Of a DNA stretch of 64,000 nt, positions 49,062 through 57,675 are shown piece after piece (the stretch's first letter is position 1; each line of letters starts with the position of its first letter). A model generated the notes under the pieces. The model ran no database searches and was not told the DNA's origin. It saw only the letters and a program-made list of their open reading frames with translations. The translations under genes were made by a program, and so were the position numbers. The DNA comes from Candidatus Bathyarchaeia archaeon. Lineage in GTDB: Archaea > Thermoproteota > Bathyarchaeia > Bathyarchaeales > Bathycorpusculaceae. Where the stretch lies: assembly GCA_038727135.1 (NCBI GenBank), contig JAVYWL010000001.1, forward strand, positions 672,001 to 736,000, read 5' to 3'.

Positions 49062-51740
49062 ATGGCTCAAAGGCGCTTAGACGAGTTTTCAATGTCAGTG
49101 GCTAAACCTCAAGAAGTCAAAGGGGAAGCCTTACCCTTCACAGAATCCTTAAAAAAGGAACGTGGACAGCGGGTTTTCCCGCCAACGGCACCGGAAAACC
49201 TTCCTCCTTCATATTTTGTTTCAGCCACTTATGATGGCAAAGCTGGAAAAGCCTTCATCAAGCTTTACGAGCCGGTTTCTGGGCGAATCTACTTCTGGTA
49301 TGATAACACCGGGCATAAGCCTTACTGTTATACAAACCTCTCGCCCTTCGAGCTTGAAAAAATTGACCGTTTAATGAAGCATCCGGGCTTCGACCACTTC
49401 GAAATTGAGGAGAAGTTTGACCCCCTATTGGATAAGCCTGTCAAAGTGACAAAGATCGTTGCAAAAGACCCGCTGGCTATTGGGGGACGCCCAAGGGGAT
49501 GCATAAGAGACATTATCCCAGAAGACTTTCCAAAAGTTGCAGATGTCCCGGTTTCCGCGGAATCCATTAAGGTTTGGGAGTCCAAGATAAAGTATTACCA
49601 ATCCTACATTTATGATCGTGGACTTTTGCCTGGCATGGTTTATGAGGTTAGGGATGGCAATCTTGTGCCAAAACGCCTAGAAGAAGCAGAAAAAATGGTT
49701 CAGCAAATCGTTGGCACTTTCAAGGAGGCTGACGCCGAAGAACTCCAGTATATTGAGCAGTGGGCCAGGCTCCTTGAATACCCAGCTCCAAAGTTCCGCT
49801 ACGTCGCCATGGACATCGAGGTTTACTCGCCCATACCAACCCGGATGCCAGACCCCCGTGAGGCGGCGTACCCAATAGTCTGCGTCTCCCTATACAGTTC
49901 AGACGGACAAAAACGGGTTCTCCTCTTAAAAAGGGATGGAGTTCGCGAAGGCACAGAACGTTTACCAGCAGACGTTCAAATAGAATATTTTGACTCTGAA
50001 GAGAAGTTAATAATGGCTGTTTTTGAGGTTTTATGGAACTACCCCTTTGTAATAACCTTTAACGGTGACGATTTCGACTTGCGGTATTTGGCACACAGAG
50101 CGGAAAACCACGGCTTTAAGAGAGATGAAATTCCAATAGAAATTGGCAAGCGGGTTTGCCTCCTAAAATATGGCGTCCACATAGACCTCTACAAGTTCTT
50201 CTTTAACCGCTCCATACAAATTTACGCCTTTAACAACCGCTACCGAGACGTAACCCTAGGCGATGTTGGCAAGGCGCTTGTAGGCTTAGACAAGATAACG
50301 CTGGAGAAGGGTATAGGCGAATTAACATACACGGAACTCGCAAAATACTGCTTCAGGGACGCTGAAATCACCTATAAACTCACAAGCTTCGAAGATGAAC
50401 TGGTCTTGAAGCTGATCCTCGTTTTGGCTAGAATAAGTAGCATGCCGATGGAGGATGTAAGCCGACAAGGCGTTTCCCGTTGGATAAGGAATTTTATGCA
50501 TCGCGAACACCGCAGAAAGAACATGCTTATTCCAAACGCTGAAGATATACTAGCCCTAAAGGGAAAGACAGCCACAAAAGCCATAATAAAGGGCAAAAAG
50601 TACAAGGGCGCCATAGTTGTTGAACCGGTGCCGGGTGTCCACTTCAATGTCGCGGTAATGGACTTCCCAAGCCTATACCCCTCAATAATAAAAGTTTGGA
50701 ACTTGGGCTACCAGTCCATATTGTGCGGGCATCCAGAGTGCCAAGCAAACCTCGTTCCAGACACACCCCACTGGGTCTGCCGCAAAAAACGCGCCCTAGA
50801 AAGCCTACTTATAGGTTCGCTTAGAGACTTGCGAGTCCAATGGTATAAGCCAAAATCAAAGGATAAGGCTCTGCCACCAGAAGTTAGAAGCTGGTACAAC
50901 ATCATTCAAGGCGCATTGAAAGTCATTTTAAACGCCAGCTACGGAGTTTTCGGAGCAGAAACTTTCGACCTTTACTGCCCACCAGTAGCCGAAGCAACAG
51001 CAGCCATAGGAAGACACGCCATAACACAAATAATTAAGAGGGCTGAAGAGCTAGGCATCCAAGTGCTTTACGGCGACACAGACAGCGTCTTCCTAAAAAA
51101 CCCATCAAAAGAACAGATACACGAACTTGAAGAGTGGACTGAACGCGAGCTAAAAATGGGCTTAGACGTGGACAAGGTTTACCGCTACGCGGTCTTCAGC
51201 TCTCGCAAAAAGAACTACTTGGGCGTTTTAGAAGATGGAAGCGTAGACGTTAAAGGCTTGACCGGCAAGAAACGCCACATCCCCCTATTCATCAAAAAGG
51301 CTTTCGACAAAATGAAAGAACGCCTAGCCATGGTCAAAACGCCGGCAGACTTCGAAGCCGCCAAAAAGGACATTATTCAAACAATCCGCGACTGCTACAT
51401 ACGCCTAAAAAGACGCGAATGGGAAAGCCTAAACGAGCTAGCCTTCAACGTGGTACTAGGTGAAGAACCAGAACGCTACACAAAAACAACACCACAGCAC
51501 GTGAAAGCCGCAAAAATCCTAAAAGAAAGCGGAATGGAACTCAAAGCCGGAGACCTAATAAGCTTTGTAAAAGTGGTAAACGAACCCCACGTAAAACCAG
51601 TGGAACTAGCAACAAAAAACGAGATAGACGTAGACAAGTACGTAGCTTATTTGCACTCCACCTTTGACCAAGTTTTAGATGCATTAGGCTTAGACTTCGA
51701 CGAGATAATAGGCTTAACAAAACTGGAACGCTTCATGTAA
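49062..51740 (+). CDS. polB1: Family B DNA polymerase, PolB1 type
   Basis: DIE exonuclease motif, FNGDDFD, DFPSLYPSII, K..LNASYG, YGDTDS, KKNY; N-terminal D.TGHKPY; no intein. Confidence 0.95.
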   Translation: MAQRRLDEFSMSVAKPQEVKGEALPFTESLKKERGQRVFPPTAPENLPPSYFVSATYDGKAGKAFIKLYEPVSGRIYFWYDNTGHKPYCYTNLSPFELEKIDRLMKHPGFDHFEIEEKFDPLLDKPVKVTKIVAKDPLAIGGRPRGCIRDIIPEDFPKVADVPVSAESIKVWESKIKYYQSYIYDRGLLPGMVYEVRDGNLVPKRLEEAEKMVQQIVGTFKEADAEELQYIEQWARLLEYPAPKFRYVAMDIEVYSPIPTRMPDPREAAYPIVCVSLYSSDGQKRVLLLKRDGVREGTERLPADVQIEYFDSEEKLIMAVFEVLWNYPFVITFNGDDFDLRYLAHRAENHGFKRDEIPIEIGKRVCLLKYGVHIDLYKFFFNRSIQIYAFNNRYRDVTLGDVGKALVGLDKITLEKGIGELTYTELAKYCFRDAEITYKLTSFEDELVLKLILVLARISSMPMEDVSRQGVSRWIRNFMHREHRRKNMLIPNAEDILALKGKTATKAIIKGKKYKGAIVVEPVPGVHFNVAVMDFPSLYPSIIKVWNLGYQSILCGHPECQANLVPDTPHWVCRKKRALESLLIGSLRDLRVQWYKPKSKDKALPPEVRSWYNIIQGALKVILNASYGVFGAETFDLYCPPVAEATAAIGRHAITQIIKRAEELGIQVLYGDTDSVFLKNPSKEQIHELEEWTERELKMGLDVDKVYRYAVFSSRKKNYLGVLEDGSVDVKGLTGKKRHIPLFIKKAFDKMKERLAMVKTPADFEAAKKDIIQTIRDCYIRLKRREWESLNELAFNVVLGEEPERYTKTTPQHVKAAKILKESGMELKAGDLISFVKVVNEPHVKPVELATKNEIDVDKYVAYLHSTFDQVLDALGLDFDEIIGLTKLERFM

Positions 51741-51743
51741 TCT

Positions 51744-52247
51744 TTAGTTTTCCACTTTTCTTGCATATCTTTTATCTATGCCACCTCGGTGTAAAGCCTC
51801 CAGAATAGCAAATCCAATGATGTTAATCGCCACAACAGAGCCTAGGAAAATACCGAATAATCCAATCTCCACCGGAACATTAAATATGAGCGCTAGGTAA
51901 CCTCCAACGATTATTGTTATCGTGGCGTTTTCCACAAAACATGCCATAAGCCTACGGGCAACACTCTTTCCACCGACAAGCCAAGCCAAGACACATGCAA
52001 CAAAATTTGCAGCGGTGCCGCCAACAATATCAATTATGCCCAAGCCACCATAAACGTTGGCAACCAAACACCCCAAACTAGTTCCAAGAGCAACAGGCAC
52101 GCCGAAAACCACTGACAGAGGCAAAAGCGCGTCGGCAACCCTCACTTGGTATATCCCAAAGCTTATAGGCGCCAGAAAAATCACGCCAGCAGCATACAAC
52201 GCCGCAAAAACCACTGTTAAAGCCAAATCCTTACTACCAAATTTCAA
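51744..52247 (-). CDS. queT: QueT family 7-deazaguanine precursor transporter (ECF S-component)
   Basis: FAALY..LAPISFG.YQVRVADAL..L, GCLVAN, DIVGG. Confidence 0.88.
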   Translation of the reverse strand: MKFGSKDLALTVVFAALYAAGVIFLAPISFGIYQVRVADALLPLSVVFGVPVALGTSLGCLVANVYGGLGIIDIVGGTAANFVACVLAWLVGGKSVARRLMACFVENATITIIVGGYLALIFNVPVEIGLFGIFLGSVVAINIIGFAILEALHRGGIDKRYARKVEN

Positions 52248-52313
52248 TTTTCCACCTCCCTACGCCGGGGTTTGTATGGCGGAACGGGTGGGAGGTCCCA
52301 CTCACCCGCCAAC
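52248..52313 (-). ncRNA. Candidate translational riboswitch/pseudoknot leader of queT
   Basis: Stem GGCGGGUG/CACCCGUU, loop anti-SD ACCUCC(C), hairpin CGCC/GGCG, SD GGGAGGU. Confidence 0.55.
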
Positions 52314-52338
52314 AAAACAGCAATAACCACAAGGCAAC

Positions 52339-52346
52339 TATAAAAA
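52339..52346 (-). promoter_or_regulatory. TATA box of queT transcript
   Basis: TTTTTATA preceded by purine-rich CAAAAGAATG (BRE-like), about 28 nt before the structured leader. Confidence 0.6.
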
Positions 52347-52357
52347 CATTCTTTTGT

Positions 52358-52804
52358 TCAGTCCTCTCTTTTCGCTTCTCCAGCAGCTTCGCCCTCAACC
52401 TTCATAGCCGCTTCAGGCTCAATAGAGACGCCCTCAGCTGGTACTTCTTCCCTTCTGAAAAGGAGAAGGTCTATTGGCGGCGGAGGCGTGTTCAAAATCG
52501 TCGAGAGCAAGTACATAGCCGTAAAGGTATGCTGATAAACTTTCTGGAAAACATAGGGCACCTTTGTTTCGGGGTCAACCTCCAACATCTTATTTATCTC
52601 CGCATCTTTTCCCGTAAGTGTTGCGGTGCCCTCCACCTCAAATTTGACAATGCCCGGCTTCGTTGTCAGTTGGAGGTTAAAACCGACAACCACTGTTTGG
52701 CTTCTTCTTTCCTTCTCTTCAAGCCTAGCCTTAACATCAAAATTGACGGTTCCAGCCCCGCCCTTAACGTCCAGCTTAACCCCTACAATACTTGTAACAT
52801 CCAC
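52358..52804 (-). CDS. Hypothetical protein, possible SecB-like fold
   Basis: Beta strands, then helices ending LNTPPPP; acidic tail; frame open about 50 nt further upstream. Confidence 0.65.
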   Translation of the reverse strand: MDVTSIVGVKLDVKGGAGTVNFDVKARLEEKERRSQTVVVGFNLQLTTKPGIVKFEVEGTATLTGKDAEINKMLEVDPETKVPYVFQKVYQHTFTAMYLLSTILNTPPPPIDLLLFRREEVPAEGVSIEPEAAMKVEGEAAGEAKRED

Positions 52805-52966
52805 CTTAACCGAAACGTTTGGAACATGAAGTGTGGGGCAAATAGCTGATTCCTCACATCAAGCCTATACGCCGAATTCGGCTTTTCCTTAACAACCTCC
52901 GCGATTTAAGGCTCGGCTCTAACCAATTTTTGCCTTTTGTGTGTAGCATTCTATTACACACAGTCT

Positions 52967-53833
52967 CTAAAACAGGAAGAGCTGAGCAGCAACAGCGACA
53001 GAAGTTGAAAAAGCAACAAAAAAGGCTATGGTGACAACTACCTGCCGCTCAGTCATAGGCCGCCTATAAGTAATAAGTGTTATTAGGCTTCTCCTATGAT
53101 CTGAGTAAAGTCTCTTCCCGTCAAAAGAGACATTCGCCTTGGTCCGGAAGAAGAAGTAGTTCAACAAAATCATGGAAGAATTAATTATGTATGGTATAAG
53201 CGAGATCAACAAACACCACTTTACATCGGAAATTATGGCAAAAGCTGCCAAAGTAACCCCAATGGCAAAAGAGCCAGTATTTCCAACAAAAATTTTCCCC
53301 TGAAAATTGAAAAAGGCAAGCACAAGCCAAACAGCCAAAGGAAGTGTTAACAAAACTGCATTTCTTCCAGAAGCAACCATGAGCCCAACTAAAACAATGG
53401 TGGGGCAAACAGTTTCTAAGCCGTTCAATCCGCCCAGCTGATTAACAGTGTTGGTGACTATCATCACAATCAGCGGAATCAAAACAAAGAAATAGTATAC
53501 GCCAAAATCGATTGTCCCTAACAATGGAAGCGTTATAGATGTTCGAGCGACACCCATCCTATAAGCCAAAGTCATCAAAGGAACAGCCACCACCAACGGA
53601 AGGAAAGCCTTGTAACGCCAACGCAAATCCATCCAGTCGTCCAGCAAGCCCATAAAACCTCCAAACAATATGCAAACAGCCAAAGTTAAAGCTGGAGAAA
53701 CATCGCCCACGTCAAACCCGAAGGCATGGAGAAAGAAGAGATAAGCTGCACTTACAACAACGTATACAACGCCTAAACCCGTTGGAACTAAGGGCTTGCC
53801 GGGCTTATGCTGGTCCGGAACCTTTGGAAACAA
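52967..53833 (-). CDS. aglH: UDP-GlcNAc:dolichol-phosphate GlcNAc-1-P transferase (AglH/Alg7, MraY family)
   Basis: D.HKP..P.VP, GLLDD, NTVN..GGLNGLE, IFVGNTG; directly downstream of aglB. Confidence 0.82.
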   Translation of the reverse strand: MFPKVPDQHKPGKPLVPTGLGVVYVVVSAAYLFFLHAFGFDVGDVSPALTLAVCILFGGFMGLLDDWMDLRWRYKAFLPLVVAVPLMTLAYRMGVARTSITLPLLGTIDFGVYYFFVLIPLIVMIVTNTVNQLGGLNGLETVCPTIVLVGLMVASGRNAVLLTLPLAVWLVLAFFNFQGKIFVGNTGSFAIGVTLAAFAIISDVKWCLLISLIPYIINSSMILLNYFFFRTKANVSFDGKRLYSDHRRSLITLITYRRPMTERQVVVTIAFFVAFSTSVAVAAQLFLF

Positions 53834-53844
53834 ACTTTTCTCCC

Positions 53845-56139
53845 TTACCCGCTCGGATGTTCACTGTAATATTTTTCCCAGTTAATTTTGTAGAGACAAA
53901 CAAGCGGAACAACGCCGCCATATTTGCTTCCATCATTATCCAGTCCAGCAATGTATTCTGGCGTAAAGTAGAGCAACTCAATTGTTGAACCTCCTTTGCC
54001 ATGCTTTTGCTTCCAGCTTTCGACAGCGTACCGCATTAACTTGTAAATCGTCGTGTTCTGTCCTTTGGTGTTCGGTTCGAGTTCACCGCTGTCCACTTGG
54101 CCATTTTTATTAGTATCTATCCAGTTTGTTCCAAGGGTGTAGTTTCCAAACAAGCGTCTCACATCGTCAAGTTTCTCGTTCCACATTTCATCTGCTGTAA
54201 TGAAACCATTTCTTATGAAGCGTTCACGTGCCTTCCCCGATATGGCCGCCATCCAAACCCATTTACCCTCATCACCGCCAGCGTTTACCCATTCACCCGT
54301 GTCGGCGCGAATGGTTGTGAAAACAAGAACATATGATGCGTTGTACAGTTTTAGCATTCTCATCGCTTGTGTTTCATTTGCCATGAAGATAAATCCAATG
54401 TTTTCTATCTGGGTTGAATTTATTGTCGCGTTGTCCGCAAGCGAGGTAACGTTACCTAATACTGTCATCCAATATCCATAATCCCACCAGCTACACACAA
54501 CGATGTCTGGTCTTAATGTGGTCCGCATATAATGCAACATGTTGATCCACTCCTCTACTGGCGTGCTTAAGTACTGGGGTGACACTGAAAGGCTTCCCCC
54601 GGATATTGTGGTCGGTGTATAAGCCTGCATGTAAACCCTAGGCATTGGGAAGGCCAAGTTCACCATTAATACTATGAATATTAGGAACACTGCTATGCCG
54701 CTGAACTCCCTTCCAACACGCTCCAGTCCAAACTTTCTCTTAACACTTATTCTCGGCGGCTCTTTCAACAACGTCATAAAGGGTCTCAGAAGTCCGCTAA
54801 TTCCAACTGCGGCTAGGAGGCTGAAGGCTGGAGCCATAAGCACAAAAAGCCGCACCATTGAGCATGCAAAATAGAGAGATGTTAAACCGAAAACGAGGAG
54901 GAATAAGTTTCTACTGTTCAAGTTTCCTAAAATAAAGAATAACCCAATTATGAAGAAAATTATCATGATGCCAAATTCGTAGTATATGGAGCCCCATGCA
55001 GATATCCTATGTTCAGCCACAGACTCAACAAGTGGGGAAGCTTCACGAGTGAACGGATTTAGAACAGAAATAAACTTTCCGGCTATGCCTTGCATGTAGC
55101 CAGTATACCAGAGTGCTATGACGCCGCCGAGAATGAGGGCTAGGAAAACTATGACGGATATAACTTTCCATTTAGCTGTTTTCATGTTTGTAATAACTTC
55201 AGCCAGGCAGAGCAGTCCAAAAACGGCGGCGACCGGCAAGATAGCGCTTGTAAGCAGGTAGTTTGGTGAAAGCTTTGGGACATTTATGGCGATGAATAAA
55301 CCAAACCCGAAGGTTATACTGTAGGCAAGAAAAAGTTTCCGCGTATACCTCCTCATAATCAGCAAAACTAGCGTGAATAGGGTTATGACCCCTATCGGGT
55401 AATAGGCTGCACCCCATCCGGCGCAGAAGTAGCCTAAAACTGCTCCGGAGGCGAGGGCGTATTTTACAGTTGAGCTGATATGCCTATCTTCCTCAATGGC
55501 CCTTAGGAACAGAAAGGCGAAAAGTATGAGGGAGAGTATGCCAATGGTTTCATCGTCAAAGAAGCCTACTGATGTCCGTTGGATGTAGGATGGTTCTAAA
55601 GCAAGGAAAAGCGCAGCCAGTAAGCCTACTGGTTTGCCGCCGAAATCTTTTCCAAGGAAGTACATGGCAAGGCATGCCAATGTCCCCATGATGGCTGGGA
55701 ATAGAGCGCAGAAGCTCATTAGGTCTATGCCTACTCCAAGCATTGAAACTATTTTATAGAGAAAGGCTGCTGTCATTGGGAGCCCTGGGAAAGCGGCTTT
55801 GGCAACGTTTATTCCATCAGGGTACCATCTTTGGCGGTCAATCCACCCTTTTCCATTATTTTCTATGGCCCATGAAATGAAGCCGTCTTTAACTATTTTT
55901 TCTGTGAAACGGTATTGGAAGTATGGGTCAAACTCTGATAAGAGAAGGTTTGTTTTGCCTGTTGTTGGGTCTATTTCCCATCGCATTGGAAACAGCCGTA
56001 TCACGAAGGCTATAAAAAGTATAAGCGTTAAAGCCGCGATGGTCATTATTGACGTGTGGCTTAATTTTGGGCGGAGTTTTCCGAGGCTTTTGATGGCGTT
56101 GATTATTCGCTCTTTTTTGGAGAGGCTTCTTGTTTCCAT
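53845..56139 (-). CDS. aglB: Oligosaccharyltransferase catalytic subunit AglB/STT3
   Basis: EFDPYF, GFFDDE, ESVAEH, WWDYG, DNAT. Confidence 0.96.
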   Translation of the reverse strand: METRSLSKKERIINAIKSLGKLRPKLSHTSIMTIAALTLILFIAFVIRLFPMRWEIDPTTGKTNLLLSEFDPYFQYRFTEKIVKDGFISWAIENNGKGWIDRQRWYPDGINVAKAAFPGLPMTAAFLYKIVSMLGVGIDLMSFCALFPAIMGTLACLAMYFLGKDFGGKPVGLLAALFLALEPSYIQRTSVGFFDDETIGILSLILFAFLFLRAIEEDRHISSTVKYALASGAVLGYFCAGWGAAYYPIGVITLFTLVLLIMRRYTRKLFLAYSITFGFGLFIAINVPKLSPNYLLTSAILPVAAVFGLLCLAEVITNMKTAKWKVISVIVFLALILGGVIALWYTGYMQGIAGKFISVLNPFTREASPLVESVAEHRISAWGSIYYEFGIMIIFFIIGLFFILGNLNSRNLFLLVFGLTSLYFACSMVRLFVLMAPAFSLLAAVGISGLLRPFMTLLKEPPRISVKRKFGLERVGREFSGIAVFLIFIVLMVNLAFPMPRVYMQAYTPTTISGGSLSVSPQYLSTPVEEWINMLHYMRTTLRPDIVVCSWWDYGYWMTVLGNVTSLADNATINSTQIENIGFIFMANETQAMRMLKLYNASYVLVFTTIRADTGEWVNAGGDEGKWVWMAAISGKARERFIRNGFITADEMWNEKLDDVRRLFGNYTLGTNWIDTNKNGQVDSGELEPNTKGQNTTIYKLMRYAVESWKQKHGKGGSTIELLYFTPEYIAGLDNDGSKYGGVVPLVCLYKINWEKYYSEHPSG

Positions 56140-56206
56140 TTGTGGCTCCAGCTCTTCAATAAGGGTTATGAAGGTGTTTATTTTCCTTACGGTTGGTTAA
56201 ATAGTT

Positions 56207-57340
56207 TTATGCGGATGTCTTCCTTTTATATCCATATTTCTCAGCATCGAAGAATGGGAACGGCACAATTTTTGCTTTAGCCATTTTTCCGCGAATTTCA
56301 ATGTTTACAACGTTTCCTTCTTGGGCATATTGTGTTTGGATGTAGGCCATTGCTATGCCACATTTTAGCAGTGGCGAGAAGGTTCCGCTGGTCACTTGTC
56401 CTATGTTCTCGCTTTTTTCGTTGTATACTTTGAAGCCTTGTCTTGGTATGCCTTGCTCAATCATTTGCAGTCCAACCCGCCTTCTTTTGACTCCTTCCTC
56501 CTTTTGCTTTAGTAGGGCGTTTTTTCCTATGAAGCTGTCTTTTTGAAATTTTACTACGAAGCCTAGTCTTGCCTCTAATGGTGTTGTGTTTTCGTCTATG
56601 TCGTTTCCATATAGGCAAAGTCCAACCTCAAGCCTTAATGTGTCTCTGGCGCCTAAGCCGCAAGGTTCTATTCCATAAGGTTTACCAGCCTCAAGGATGG
56701 CGTTCCACACTTTTATGGCGTTGTCTGGCTTATCTAGAGGCGCGTTCCACACGTAAACTTCAAAACCGTCCTCCCCTGTATACCCAGTCCTAGATAGGAA
56801 TACGTCTACTTCTGCCAATTTGGCTGGTGCACATTTGAATCTTTCAATTTTGCTTAAGTCTGCCGTGCAAATTTTCTGTAAAGTTTTTTCAGCGTTTGGT
56901 CCTTGAACGGCGAACATCGCCGCCTTGTCTGAAACGTCCTCAATTTTGACGTTGAAGCCTTCAGCCTTTTTAACCAGCCAGTTGAAGTCTTTTTCTCTAT
57001 TTGTGGCGTTTGGGACCAGCAGAAACTTTTCCTCTTCGAGGCGGCTTACAACGAAGTCGTCGATTATTCCTCCGTTCTCGTTGCACATAACCGAGTATAG
57101 GGCGCTGTTGGGCGTTAATGCTGTCACGTCATTGGTTATAACATAATTTAGGAAGCTTGCGGCATCCTTTCCCGTGATGATTACTCTCCCCATGTGGGAG
57201 ACGTCGAAAATGCCTACACTGTTTCGAACCGCTAAATGCTCTTCTGTTATCCCCTTATACCATAGGGGCATCTCGAATCCGGCGAACTCCGTCATTTTCG
57301 CCGTCTTCTTGTGTATTTCGTAAAGCTGGGTTTTCCGCAC
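56207..57340 (-). CDS. gcvT: Glycine cleavage system aminomethyltransferase T
   Basis: FAGFEMP, FDVSHMG, SRTGYTGEDGFE, GLGARDTLRLE, VTSG. Confidence 0.96.
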   Translation of the reverse strand: MRKTQLYEIHKKTAKMTEFAGFEMPLWYKGITEEHLAVRNSVGIFDVSHMGRVIITGKDAASFLNYVITNDVTALTPNSALYSVMCNENGGIIDDFVVSRLEEEKFLLVPNATNREKDFNWLVKKAEGFNVKIEDVSDKAAMFAVQGPNAEKTLQKICTADLSKIERFKCAPAKLAEVDVFLSRTGYTGEDGFEVYVWNAPLDKPDNAIKVWNAILEAGKPYGIEPCGLGARDTLRLEVGLCLYGNDIDENTTPLEARLGFVVKFQKDSFIGKNALLKQKEEGVKRRRVGLQMIEQGIPRQGFKVYNEKSENIGQVTSGTFSPLLKCGIAMAYIQTQYAQEGNVVNIEIRGKMAKAKIVPFPFFDAEKYGYKRKTSA

Positions 57341-57365
57341 TTATGTACCTCCTAAAACGAGCACG

Positions 57366-57530
57366 CTATTTTATGGGTTTTACTTCAACGTTTAATGGTA
57401 TGAGGGCCAGTTTTCTGCCGCATTGGGGGCATTTACCGTTGTGTTTGTGTAAAATTTCGTCTGGGGGTTTAAGTTCGCTTCCTTCATATAAGACGTAGCC
57501 ACACTGGTGGCATACAACCCTTTGAGGCAA
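57366..57530 (-). CDS. 54-aa zinc-ribbon microprotein
   Basis: Not in ORF track. MPQRVVCHQCGYVLYEGSELKPPDEILHKHNGKCPQCGRKLALIPLNVEVKPIK*; GAGGAG SD upstream. Confidence 0.82.
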   Translation of the reverse strand: MPQRVVCHQCGYVLYEGSELKPPDEILHKHNGKCPQCGRKLALIPLNVEVKPIK

Positions 57531-57675
57531 GTCCTCATCTCCTCAACAAAATGGGTGTAATGCCTACGCCATATTTATCGGTTGCTGAAACTTAACACGG
57601 CGGACTAGCACCGGATGATAGAAACTTTTAATTTTGACTGAAGGTTTATTTCTGAAACATTCAACATCCTAAGGC

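Noticed and set aside
57341-57560. Possible glycine riboswitch upstream of gcvT
   Set aside because: The space is filled by a zinc-ribbon ORF and no glycine aptamer consensus is visible.
57612-57656. ATGATAG...CTGA...CTGA possible C/D sRNA
   Set aside because: Imperfect C box, and the region is better explained as the topA BRE/TATA.
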